The notes beneath the pieces were generated by a model. The model had not been told where the DNA came from. It did not search any database and was given only the letters and a program-made list of their open reading frames with translations. A program made the position numbers and the translations under genes. From NCBI GenBank assembly GCA_963741955.1, contig CAVUKB010000007.1, positions 768,001 through 832,000 of the forward strand: DNA of 64,000 nucleotides, in the 5' to 3' direction. Source of the stretch: an uncultured Acidobacteriota bacterium. Its GTDB lineage: Bacteria; Acidobacteriota; Thermoanaerobaculia; Gp7-AA8. Below are positions 50,914-60,404 of the stretch, one piece after another. How positions within the stretch are numbered: position 1 is the stretch's first letter; each line of letters starts with the position of its first letter.

Positions 50914-53058
50914 ATGTCATCAGTCACTCGCGGCCTCGTAGTGATTGCGGCGACGGCGGCACTGAGTTTCGCCGCGGTTGCCCATGCTACGAATACTTCT
51001 TCCTCGCATCGGCGGGGCACTGCCGTTTCGGCAGCGACTGCTCCGACCGCTCCGAGCCTGGTCAATTTCACCTCGGCCCAGCTCGAGTACTACCTCGGCG
51101 ACGACGGTATCGCCTACGTCCGTCCGGGTCTCAAGATCAAGGTGAACTCGGTCACCGTCGGCTCCGATCGGAAGCCGGTGGTCGACTTGAACATCACCGA
51201 CAACTTCGATCAGCCGCTCGACCGTCAGGGCAAGGTGACGCCGGGTCCGGTCTCGATCAGCTTCATCGGCGCCACGTGGGATCCGGCGGCACGGCACTAC
51301 ACCGCCTACACCACCCGGAAGGCGACCAGCGATCCGAGCAGCCCGAACCCGGGCGTGACGGTCGACCAGGCGGGGACCGACTCCGGTGGAACGTGGACCG
51401 ACCTCGAGATGGGGCACGCCACGTACAAGTTCAAGACGGCGATCCCGGCAGGCGTCGATCCGTCGACCACCCAGACCATCGGTCTCTACGCGACCCGTAA
51501 CCTCACCGACATCGTCGGGAAGAACTACTACTCGAACGTCGAGTACGACTTCCGCGGCGATGGAGCGAAGGTCACCGAGACGTGGGACAAGATCAACACT
51601 GCGACCGCGTGCAACGCCTGCCATGACCCGCTCGCGATGCACGGCGGATCGCGCCAGGACGTCAAGCTCTGCGCGATGTGCCACAACCCGCAGACCATCG
51701 ATCCGGATACCGGCAACACGGTCGATCTCAAGGTGATGATCCACAAGATCCACCGCGGTGAGAACCTTCCGAGCGTCCAGGCCGGACAGCCGTACGAGAT
51801 CATCGGTCACAACAACAGCGTGAACGACTACTCGGAAGTCGCGTTCCCCCAGGACATCCGGAACTGCGCCAACTGCCACTCCGGACGCGACCCGAAGGCC
51901 GTGCCTTCGCAGGCGAACGTCTGGTACACCGACCCGAGCCGCGCAGCGTGCGGCTCCTGCCACGACAACATCAACTGGGAGACCGGTGCGAATCACGCCG
52001 GCGGATCCCAGGCGAATGACGCGGCCTGCGCGCAATGCCACGTTCCCGACAGCGGCGCTGAGTTCGACGCGTCGATCAAGGCGGCTCACACCGTTCCCGA
52101 GAAGTCGAAGCAACTCGCCGGGATCAATGCCCAGGTCGTCAGCTTCAGCAACATGACGCCTGGATCCAAGCCGACCGTCGTATTCAAGATCACCAACGAC
52201 GACGGTAGCGCGGTCGACGCCACCAAGCTCGACACGTTCGCGCCGATGATCGGCGGCCCGACCAGCAGTTATACCTACAACGATCGTGAAGACGCGCGGA
52301 AGACGGGAACCTTCGACTCCGCGACCGGCAACACCACCTACACGTTCTCCAAGGCGATTCCCGCGGATGCCAGCGGAACCTGGGTGATCACCGCCGACAC
52401 GTACCGCTTCGTGAACCTCAAGCGCGCCGATGGCAAAGACGACATTCAGGTTCGCGAATGCGCGATGAACCCGATCCAGTATGTCGCGCTGACCGGCACG
52501 CTGACCCCTCGCCGGAAGATCGTCGACATCAACAACTGCAACAGCTGCCACGACCGTCTGGCTCTCCACGGCGGACAGCGGCTCACCACTGAAGAGTGCG
52601 TGATCTGCCACAACCCGACCGCGGACGATTCCTCGCAGCGCCCGGCCGATGCCGGCGCTCCGGAGTCGATCTCGTTCCAGCGGATGATTCACCGGATCCA
52701 TTCCGGCGAGAATCTGACGCAGAACTTCACGGTCTACGGCTACCACGGCAGCGTGAACAACTACAACGGAGTTCTTTTCCCCGGCGACCGCAAGGATTGC
52801 GCGAAGTGCCACGTGAGTGGATCGCAGAACATTCCGGTCGCAACCGGTGCCGATCCGGTGACGACGCTGCGCGACTACTTCTCACCGCAGGGTCCGGCAA
52901 CCGCGGCATGCCTCGGCTGCCACGACAACCGGGACGCCGCGGCGCATGCATATCTCATGACTGCACAGTTCCCCGGCTCCGACACTCCCGCAGAAGCTTG
53001 CGCGACGTGCCACAGCTCTGGTAAAGACTGGGCCGTCGATAAAGTGCACGCCCGGTAA
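50914..53058 (+). CDS. mtrC: OmcA/MtrC-family decaheme c-type cytochrome
   Basis: Ten CxxCH in a 5+5 arrangement separated by non-heme domains; MIHKIH/MIHRIH, FPQDIRNC, HGG.R motifs. Confidence 0.9.
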   Translation: MSSVTRGLVVIAATAALSFAAVAHATNTSSSHRRGTAVSAATAPTAPSLVNFTSAQLEYYLGDDGIAYVRPGLKIKVNSVTVGSDRKPVVDLNITDNFDQPLDRQGKVTPGPVSISFIGATWDPAARHYTAYTTRKATSDPSSPNPGVTVDQAGTDSGGTWTDLEMGHATYKFKTAIPAGVDPSTTQTIGLYATRNLTDIVGKNYYSNVEYDFRGDGAKVTETWDKINTATACNACHDPLAMHGGSRQDVKLCAMCHNPQTIDPDTGNTVDLKVMIHKIHRGENLPSVQAGQPYEIIGHNNSVNDYSEVAFPQDIRNCANCHSGRDPKAVPSQANVWYTDPSRAACGSCHDNINWETGANHAGGSQANDAACAQCHVPDSGAEFDASIKAAHTVPEKSKQLAGINAQVVSFSNMTPGSKPTVVFKITNDDGSAVDATKLDTFAPMIGGPTSSYTYNDREDARKTGTFDSATGNTTYTFSKAIPADASGTWVITADTYRFVNLKRADGKDDIQVRECAMNPIQYVALTGTLTPRRKIVDINNCNSCHDRLALHGGQRLTTEECVICHNPTADDSSQRPADAGAPESISFQRMIHRIHSGENLTQNFTVYGYHGSVNNYNGVLFPGDRKDCAKCHVSGSQNIPVATGADPVTTLRDYFSPQGPATAACLGCHDNRDAAAHAYLMTAQFPGSDTPAEACATCHSSGKDWAVDKVHAR

Positions 53059-53070
53059 TCGAGTTTCGAT

Positions 53071-53098
53071 CCGAAGGGGACCGCAAGGTCCCCTTCGG
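53071..53098 (+). other. Intercistronic stem-loop (12 bp, GCAA tetraloop)
   Basis: CCGAAGGGGACC-GCAA-GGTCCCCTTCGG, no U tract. Confidence 0.75.
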
Positions 53099-53132
53099 TC
53101 TCGAATCTCCGAATTTTGCGGAAAGGATAGTC

Positions 53133-54110
53133 ATGTCGATCCGAAACATTGCACTGGGGGGACTGGCTTTCCTCCTCGTCATCGGTCTGTCGCCCGGCCA
53201 CGGGACTGCCCTCGCGCAGACTCCGGAACAGACGCCTTCCGTGCAGCAGACCACCACTGCGCAGGAGACGCCCCCGGCACAGACGACCACCGAAGCACAG
53301 ACGGAGCAGGCCGAAACCATGTCCTGCTCCGACTGCCACGATCAACCGGCGACCTTCGCCACGAATCCTCACGGCGCGGGCAAGGCCGTCAACGGCACGG
53401 TTCCGAACGCGGTCTGCGAATCGTGTCACGGAAACGGCCAGGCTCACATGGAAGCGGGCGGAGACACCTCTCTGATCGTCAAGCCGGTGGGCCAGACCGG
53501 CGCGAACATCTGCCTCGAGTGCCACGACACGGTGACGAACGCCAAGGCGAGAAAAGACAGCGTCCACGCCAACTCGGCGACCGTGAACTGCCTCACCTGT
53601 CACTCCATCCATCACTCCCCGGTGAGCGTGCCTCACCTCCTGGTGAAAAAGCAGCTCGATCTCTGCAGCTCGTGCCATCAGACGCAGGCCGCGGGATTCC
53701 GGAACAAGCCGTACTCGCACCACATCGGACGTGGCGGGCTGGAGTGCTCGTCCTGCCACGAGCCGCATGCGCCGGCCCTGAAGAAGAATCTGAGGCTGAC
53801 GCGTGCCGGTGAGACGCCGTGCCTCGAGTGCCACAGCGAGAAGCGGGGTCCGTACGTCTTCCCGCACGATGCGGTCGCGCTCGGCGAGTGCACGACCTGC
53901 CATGAGCTTCACGGCTCCAACAACCCGAGGCAGCTCAAGAGGACGAACGTCTTCCAGCTCTGCCTCGAATGCCATTCGCCCATCACGACGGACACGCTCG
54001 GTTCGCAGCCCCCGTCATTCCACAACATTTCCAGCCCGCGGTATCAGAACTGTACGACCTGCCATGTGGCGATCCACGGCTCGAACCGCTCACCGCAACT
54101 GCTGAAGTAG
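53133..54110 (+). CDS. mtrA: DmsE/MtrA-family periplasmic decaheme cytochrome c
   Basis: Ten CxxCH; EKRGPYVFPH, HGSNN..LK, CH..IHGSN C-terminal motifs; signal peptide. Confidence 0.92.
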   Translation: MSIRNIALGGLAFLLVIGLSPGHGTALAQTPEQTPSVQQTTTAQETPPAQTTTEAQTEQAETMSCSDCHDQPATFATNPHGAGKAVNGTVPNAVCESCHGNGQAHMEAGGDTSLIVKPVGQTGANICLECHDTVTNAKARKDSVHANSATVNCLTCHSIHHSPVSVPHLLVKKQLDLCSSCHQTQAAGFRNKPYSHHIGRGGLECSSCHEPHAPALKKNLRLTRAGETPCLECHSEKRGPYVFPHDAVALGECTTCHELHGSNNPRQLKRTNVFQLCLECHSPITTDTLGSQPPSFHNISSPRYQNCTTCHVAIHGSNRSPQLLK

Positions 54111-54124
54111 AGAAGGAGAAGGCG

Positions 54125-56074
54125 ATGAAAAAGACCAGAATCTTCGCGGCCTGCCTCGTCTCCCTGCTTCTCACGGCAGGGGCGGCACTGCAGGCTCAGA
54201 CCGTACCTTTCGATCTCGAGCTCGGCTGGCAATGGGTCAACGTCGACGGCAACGAAGACGTCTACAAGACTCAGATGAACGAGCAGCAGGGATTCCTCCT
54301 CCGCTCGTTCACCATGCTCACGTCCAACTTCAACGGGAAGACCGATCTCGTCGACCGCTTCCGGATCGACGCCACGGACCTCGGCAACGCCAGCCCCGCC
54401 GGCTCGCTGCGACTCGAGGCGAGTCGAGACGATTCCTATCGATTCACCCTCGGATACCGGACCATGGACAGCTTCAGTGCCCTTCCGGGATTCGCCAATC
54501 CGCTGCTCTCTCAGGGGATCGTCCCCGGGCAGCACACCTGGGATCAGACCCGCAACATGCTGGATGCCGATCTCGAGTTTCTCCCTGGACATCGGTTCGT
54601 TCCGTTCGTCGGCATTTCGTGGAACCGCCTCAATGGTCCCGGAACCACGACGTACAACCTCGGCGGAGACGAGTTCAAGCTGGACTCCGACCTGACCGAT
54701 ACCGACACTGAATACCGTGCCGGCGTGGCGTTCAACCTGGGCAACGTCTACGGACAGGTGACCCAGGGTTGGCGCGACTACAAAGGAACTGAACACCTGA
54801 CCCTTTCGAGCGGCGCGGGGAGTGGCAACAACCCCGGCTCGGTGCTCGGCCAGCCGGTGACGGCGGATACCATCACCCGGAACAGCAAGACCGACGTCAC
54901 CACACCGTTCACCAACATCTACGTAACCGGTCAGGCTTCCGATCGGGTGAAGCTCACCGGAACGTACGTTCGCTTCGCGGCGGATCTCGACGGCAACGAG
55001 AGCGAGGATTCCGCCGGTTCGTTCGTTTCCTTCCCGATCTCCCGCTTTTTCTCCGGGCTGACCGAAGACGTCAGCTCGAAGGCGAAGAACACCACCTGGC
55101 GTGGTGGGGCGCGGGCCGAGGTGACGGTGAGTCAGGGAGTCGACGTGATCGCCGGCTACCGGAAAGAACATCGGGAGCTGGAGGGGAGTGCGCTGTTCAA
55201 CTCGCTCTTTCTCGATGCCATCACCTTCGGTGGCGTGAGTGTCGGCGACCTCCGAACCACACTCGCCACCGACAACTCGCTCACCCGCGATGAAGACGTA
55301 TGGGATCTCGGACTGGTCGCGCATCCGGTCGGAGCATTCTCCGTCCGGGCCGGGTACTCGCAGACATCGCAGGATGCGACCGTCAGCCCCGATCTCGAGG
55401 AGATCGTGGTTCCGGGAAATCAGAGCGGCGACTTCAGCCGCACGATCAAGAGCTTCAACGCCGGCGCGACGTACACCATGTCCGGCGCGACGGTCACCGC
55501 GCAGTGGAAGCGCGACACCGCGGACGATCCGATCGTCCGGACGGACTTCCTCGATCGCAATCGCTATCGCGTGCGCGCGGCATGGAAGACTCCGGGCAAC
55601 ATGTTCCGGTTCGGCGTGACCGGCGACAAGACCGATCAATCCAACGATCGGACCGGAATCGGATACGACGCGACGGTCAAGCAGTACTCGGCCGACGCGG
55701 AGGTCGTTCCGGTTGCGCCGCTGTCGATTCACGCTTCGTACTCGAAGTTCGATTCCGACAGCTCCATCGTCTATCGCATTCCGCAGAACTTCGATCTCGG
55801 CACCTCGGTGCAGACCGAAGACGGGAAATCGGTCGAAGGCGGTCTCACGCTCTCGATCAAGAAGGTGATGCTCGACGCGGCAGCCGGAAAGTTCGACAAC
55901 GACGGAACCAATCCGTTGAAACTCGATCGCTATCGCGCACGAGTCACGTTCGACTTCATCGCGAAAGCCGGTATCGCTGCGGAGTGGTCGCGCGACAAGT
56001 ACAGAGAGACCAACGACGCTCTTGCCAACTACGAAGCAGACCGCTACGGCCTGTTCCTCCGCTGGCATCCCTGA
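54125..56074 (+). CDS. mtrB: MtrB/PioB-like outer-membrane beta-barrel porin
   Basis: 649 aa, signal peptide, alternating amphipathic strands, aromatic C-terminal strand; directly follows mtrA. Family assignment rests mainly on context. Confidence 0.78.
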   Translation: MKKTRIFAACLVSLLLTAGAALQAQTVPFDLELGWQWVNVDGNEDVYKTQMNEQQGFLLRSFTMLTSNFNGKTDLVDRFRIDATDLGNASPAGSLRLEASRDDSYRFTLGYRTMDSFSALPGFANPLLSQGIVPGQHTWDQTRNMLDADLEFLPGHRFVPFVGISWNRLNGPGTTTYNLGGDEFKLDSDLTDTDTEYRAGVAFNLGNVYGQVTQGWRDYKGTEHLTLSSGAGSGNNPGSVLGQPVTADTITRNSKTDVTTPFTNIYVTGQASDRVKLTGTYVRFAADLDGNESEDSAGSFVSFPISRFFSGLTEDVSSKAKNTTWRGGARAEVTVSQGVDVIAGYRKEHRELEGSALFNSLFLDAITFGGVSVGDLRTTLATDNSLTRDEDVWDLGLVAHPVGAFSVRAGYSQTSQDATVSPDLEEIVVPGNQSGDFSRTIKSFNAGATYTMSGATVTAQWKRDTADDPIVRTDFLDRNRYRVRAAWKTPGNMFRFGVTGDKTDQSNDRTGIGYDATVKQYSADAEVVPVAPLSIHASYSKFDSDSSIVYRIPQNFDLGTSVQTEDGKSVEGGLTLSIKKVMLDAAAGKFDNDGTNPLKLDRYRARVTFDFIAKAGIAAEWSRDKYRETNDALANYEADRYGLFLRWHP

Positions 56075-56100
56075 GCGTCAGTTCGATTGCTGCAAGCACG

Positions 56101-56132
56101 AAGCGCCCGGCATCCGCCGGGCGCTTTCTTTT
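56101..56132 (+). terminator. Rho-independent terminator of the mtr operon
   Basis: AAGCGCCCGGC-ATCC-GCCGGGCGCTT followed by TCTTTT. Confidence 0.85.
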
Positions 56133-56179
56133 CCGCAGGCGGGGCGAATCGATGACCGGACCTATTCAGGGCCGGCTGG

Positions 56180-56790
56180 TCATCGTTCGGGTTGAGCGAC
56201 CTTTTCCCGTCGAGCGAAGCTCTTGACCAGAAGATCGGTCGAGAAGTCGAAAGCCGTTCCCGCGAGGGGAATGAAGATGACCCAGAGGATCCATCGCGCG
56301 CCGTCGCCGCTCGCGCGAGCGGAATCAGAAGCATTCCGACGACGAACGCTCCGGCACGCAGGACGAACTCTCGTTTCGGCCTCCCATCCCAATCACGGCC
56401 TGACGAAACGTCGTCGGGTCGAGGCGGCGCAACTCTCGCCATCGCACTCCGGGCCGCGCCTCGCCAGACGATCCGGACCAGATTTGCCGCGATCAGGAGA
56501 ACTTCGGCCTGCCGTCGGAACAAGTCCCATTTCGTCGGCAGTTCACCGTAGTAGGTGCGCTGTATTTCTGCGAACCATCCAAGGAAGGCCCCGCTCATCG
56601 ACGGGAGCGAATCCATCAGGATGACGAGCGACAGAAGTGACCCGGCGACAGCGGCGGTTCCCAGCGTCTCTCTCTGCTGTCCTCTACCGAGCCCCGCGGA
56701 TGGCAGACTCCGCCAGAGGCGAGTCCACTCGAGGGTCGCGATCGACGCGACCACGAGCAGCAGCACGAGCTTAGACGTCCCGAGACTCAC
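56180..56790 (-). pseudogene. Hypothetical membrane protein with apparent frameshift near 56315
   Basis: Hydrophobic helices in the 56790 frame to GMLLIPLA; a further TM (WILWVIFIPLAG) follows in the 56180..56392 frame. Confidence 0.4.
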
Positions 56791-56814
56791 CCCGATATCG
56801 TAACTCTGCGCGTC

Positions 56815-57198
56815 CTACTCGCCGAACTGCGCGAATCCGACCAGGTGGCCGCCCGGTTCCCGGACGAAGAACTCGGTCGAACCGTATTCCGTCTTCCGGA
56901 TCGGAACGACGACCGGGGATGCGCTCAGGCGCTCGGCGAACGCGCGGACGTCGTCCACTTCGAGGAACAACGCGACGCTTCCCGGCTCGCGCGAGCCGAG
57001 CACCTGCGGGGCATCGTCATGAACACTTGCGAACGTCTGCAGCATCACTTCGGCCGCTCCGTTGCTCAGGATGACGAATCCGAGGCGGTCGCCGTGCGGG
57101 GCCCTGGTCGTCGCCTCGAATCCGGCCGCCTCCCAGAAAGGAAGCGACGGCTCGATGGCTTCGACGAGAAGGTTGGGAGTGAGCTTCGTGACTTTCAT
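56815..57198 (-). CDS. VOC/glyoxalase family protein
   Basis: LTPNLLV...SLPFW, LFLEVDD, YGSTEFFVREPGG; SD AAGGAGG. Confidence 0.87.
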   Translation of the reverse strand: MKVTKLTPNLLVEAIEPSLPFWEAAGFEATTRAPHGDRLGFVILSNGAAEVMLQTFASVHDDAPQVLGSREPGSVALFLEVDDVRAFAERLSASPVVVPIRKTEYGSTEFFVREPGGHLVGFAQFGE

Positions 57199-57292
57199 GG
57201 TTCGATTCCTCCTTTTTGAGATGCCCCATGGTAGGAGGCGGCACGGGCACCGTCTTGTAAAAAGGGAACCAAGGTGACGTTTGCGCCGGATC

Positions 57293-58021
57293 TCATCGCT
57301 GGCGGAAGGCTGCAGGCGGACTGCCGGCAAGCTCGCGAAAATCGCGGTTCATGTGCGCTTGATCGGACCAGCCGAGCGACAGGGCGATTCCTGCGAGGCC
57401 GGCGTGGCGGTCTTTCGCGATCAGCCGAACAGCCTTCCTGAACCGAAGGATCCGGCCGAGCCGCTTCGGGCCGATTCCCACGCGATCGACGAACAGTCGG
57501 CTCAGATGCTGCCGCGTGACGCCGAGCTCGGCGGCGATTCGTTCGACCGCGATTCCGCGACGGAGGAGCGCGACCGCATTCGTGGCGAGGTCTGTCGAGG
57601 GAGACGGTTCGATGATGCGCGATCTCAGTATCGCGGCGAGCTGCCGGAGACGGTCTCCTGGATCGGCTGCCGCGAAACTCCCCTCGGGTCTTCTCGCTTC
57701 GTTGCCCCAGATCTCGTGAAGCGGCACGCGGCGGTCGGTGAGCCGCCTCGCCGGGATGCGAAGAAACGACGCCGCCCCGCCCGGACGGAACCGCACCGCG
57801 AGAAGATCAGCGGCCCGGTTCTCGAACCTCAGCGGAGCGGTCATCGTCCCGACGACCACGCCGGCGGGGAAAGTCTCGCCCGAGAGATCGAAAATGATAT
57901 CGGTGCAGCCGTCCGGAAGCACGCGATCGCTTCGGCCCGCCGCCGCTTCGGAGCGCCGTGTCCAGAAGCACTCGACATACGGAGCGAGGTCGGGAGGAGG
58001 AGCGAATTCCCGGTAGCTCAT
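57293..58021 (-). CDS. AraC-family regulator (DUF6597-type N-terminus)
   Basis: YREFAPPPDL..YVECFW, VLPDGC, GPK...RILRF, DQAHMNRDFRELAG. Confidence 0.9.
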   Translation of the reverse strand: MSYREFAPPPDLAPYVECFWTRRSEAAAGRSDRVLPDGCTDIIFDLSGETFPAGVVVGTMTAPLRFENRAADLLAVRFRPGGAASFLRIPARRLTDRRVPLHEIWGNEARRPEGSFAAADPGDRLRQLAAILRSRIIEPSPSTDLATNAVALLRRGIAVERIAAELGVTRQHLSRLFVDRVGIGPKRLGRILRFRKAVRLIAKDRHAGLAGIALSLGWSDQAHMNRDFRELAGSPPAAFRQR

Positions 58022-58099
58022 CTTTGGAGCATCGCACTGTGCGCATCGAGGATCAAGCGAACGCCGCGGAAACGAACCCCGTCCCTCACGGGACGCTGC

Positions 58100-58697
58100 T
58101 CATTGTCCCTTCTTGTCCTGGATCAGCCAGACTTTCCACTTGCCGTTCGACGGTTGAAGGATCGCGGTTCCTTCCCGTGGCGTGGTGTAGCGATCGTGGA
58201 GGAAGCCGCTCTTGAAGGACGCGCCGACGGCATTCGGATTCCAGTGCCACTTGAAATCGACCGCGACGTTCCCATCTTCGGCCGGGCGGACCGTCTCCAC
58301 GCCGTCGAATTCCTTCACCGCCATCGGTACCATCTCGACCACGCCGCTCGGACGGGCGATGAAATGTCGGTCGTTGAGCGCTCGAGTGGTCAGGGCGATC
58401 CGTTGCGTGCTCTCGAGAACGATCCACCCGGCTGCCTGAAGGTCCTTCGCCATCTGCAGCGTGATCGGGTTCTCGATCGGGCGGTCCATCGGGAGGGTCC
58501 AGGCGGCCTCGGAGAAGTCGTAGTCGGACCACTCCGGCGCGGCCAGAATCACCTCTTTCGCGTTTTCCGCAGAGGGAAGGGAAAGCTTCGGCGCGGCTGT
58601 GGTCGTCTCTCCGGACGTCGAAGCGGCCTGCCGTTCGCCGCCGCCGCAGGCGAGCGCGAACGCGGGGAGCAGAAGAAGCAGAAACGAGTCGTCTCAT
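58100..58697 (-). pseudogene. Lipoprotein with apparent frameshift in the signal peptide
   Basis: The frame of 58100..58552 extends upstream to FLLLLLPAFALAC (lipobox), but the ATG at 58697 is one base out of frame. Confidence 0.55.
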
Positions 58698-58777
58698 GGA
58701 GTGAACGATAATCAGCCCCCGGGCGCGGCGCAACTGTTTGCCACACCCGGGGGCTCAGCCCGGACTTTTCACTCCGA

Positions 58778-60088
58778 TCAGGCGTGCGCCACTGCGAGAT
58801 CGAAGCGACGGATGTCGCTGATCTCCTTCCGGAGCTCCTCGCGGAAATCGGGGTGCGCGATGGAGATGAGCGCGTCGGCTCTCTGCCTGAGCGACAGGCC
58901 CCAGAGGTCGACTGCCCCGAATTCCGTGACGATCCAGTGCACGTGGCCACGGGTGGTCACCACGCCGGATCCCGCCTTGAGATTCACCACGATCTTCGAG
59001 AGCGTCCCGTTCTTCGCAGTGGAAGGGAGGGCGATCACCGGCACGCCTCCCGGCGAGAGTGCCGCACCGCGCATGAAGTCCATCTGTCCGCCGATTCCGG
59101 AGTAGATCCGATGTCCGATCGAGTCGGCGACCACCTGACCGGTGAGATCGACTTCGATCGCCGAATTGATGGCAACCACGTTCTCGTTCTTGCGGATCAC
59201 CGAGGTGTCGTTGGTGTGGTCGCAGGGATAGAACTCGACGTAAGGGTTGTCGTCGACGAAGTCGAACAGACGCCGCGAGCCGACCACGAAACTGGTGGTG
59301 ATGCGACCGTTGTGGACTCTCTTCCGCCGGTTGGTGATCACGCCTGCGTGCACCAGATCGATCACGCCGTCGGAGAACATCTCGGTGTGGATTCCGAGGT
59401 CGTGCTTGTCGAACAGGCGCGCGAGGACGGCGTTCGGAATCGCGCCGATGCCCATCTGAAGGGTGCCGCCGTCGGGGACGAGCTTTGCGATGTGGTCGCC
59501 GATCGCAGCCTCGACCGGCGACGGCTCCGCCAGCTCGTGCGACGGAAGCTCGCGGTCGGTGATCACGAACGCATCGATGCGGCTGATCGGGACGAGCGAG
59601 TTGCCGTGGGTGCGAGGCATCTGTTCGTTGATCTCGGCGATCACCACGCGTGCGGACTTCGTTGCCGCCAGAGCGCAGTCGACCGAGGTCCCGAGCGTGC
59701 AGTATCCGTGATGATCGGGCGGAGAGACCTGCACGATGGCGACGTCGAGCGGAACCTTCCCGGTCAGGAAGAGCGACGGAATGTCGGAGAGGAAGATCGG
59801 CGTGAAATCGGCTCGTCCTTCTTCGATCGGCTTCCGCAGCGCGGGTCCGGTGAAGAGGGAGTTGGAGCGGAACCGGCCGGCATGACTGCGGTCGGCGAAC
59901 GGGACCTCTCCCTCGAGGTGAATGTGGTAAACGTGAACGTCCTCGAGATCGGTTCTCTCGGCCAGTGCGTTCAGAAGTGGAGTAGGCGTTGCGGCTTCTC
60001 CGTGGATGAATACGTTGGTTCTGCTCTTGATGAGAGCCACCGCGTCTTCGGCACTTCCGGCGCGTGCTCTCCAGTCGTCGTACGTCAT
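58778..60088 (-). CDS. Acetyl-CoA hydrolase/4-hydroxybutyrate CoA-transferase family
   Basis: LQMGIGAIP, LGIHTEMFSDG, SGIGGQMDFMRGA, VTEFG, IAHPDFRE. Confidence 0.95.
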   Translation of the reverse strand: MTYDDWRARAGSAEDAVALIKSRTNVFIHGEAATPTPLLNALAERTDLEDVHVYHIHLEGEVPFADRSHAGRFRSNSLFTGPALRKPIEEGRADFTPIFLSDIPSLFLTGKVPLDVAIVQVSPPDHHGYCTLGTSVDCALAATKSARVVIAEINEQMPRTHGNSLVPISRIDAFVITDRELPSHELAEPSPVEAAIGDHIAKLVPDGGTLQMGIGAIPNAVLARLFDKHDLGIHTEMFSDGVIDLVHAGVITNRRKRVHNGRITTSFVVGSRRLFDFVDDNPYVEFYPCDHTNDTSVIRKNENVVAINSAIEVDLTGQVVADSIGHRIYSGIGGQMDFMRGAALSPGGVPVIALPSTAKNGTLSKIVVNLKAGSGVVTTRGHVHWIVTEFGAVDLWGLSLRQRADALISIAHPDFREELRKEISDIRRFDLAVAHA

Positions 60089-60404
60089 TTCTTACCTCCC
60101 GCCCATGGGCGATGTCCGAAACTATTGCGGAACGCGTTCCGAGAGCGATGACCGCCGTCACAGGGCTCTGGTGCGCCGAACGGAAATTTCCTCGGTCGGT
60201 CCGTCCAACCTCGGGAGCAGGCCGTCTCGCGGCATTCCAACCTCTGAAACTTATGGCCGAACGAGGGGAATGGAGGCAACGAAACGGAATCGGCACCATG
60301 AACATTCGGAAATGGATTCAATTGCATCAGCTCCCGCCCCTATCGAAAGTCAGTATTGGAGGCAGCAGTTTCGTCTGTATAATCCCGAGCCGAGGCGACC
60401 CGTC

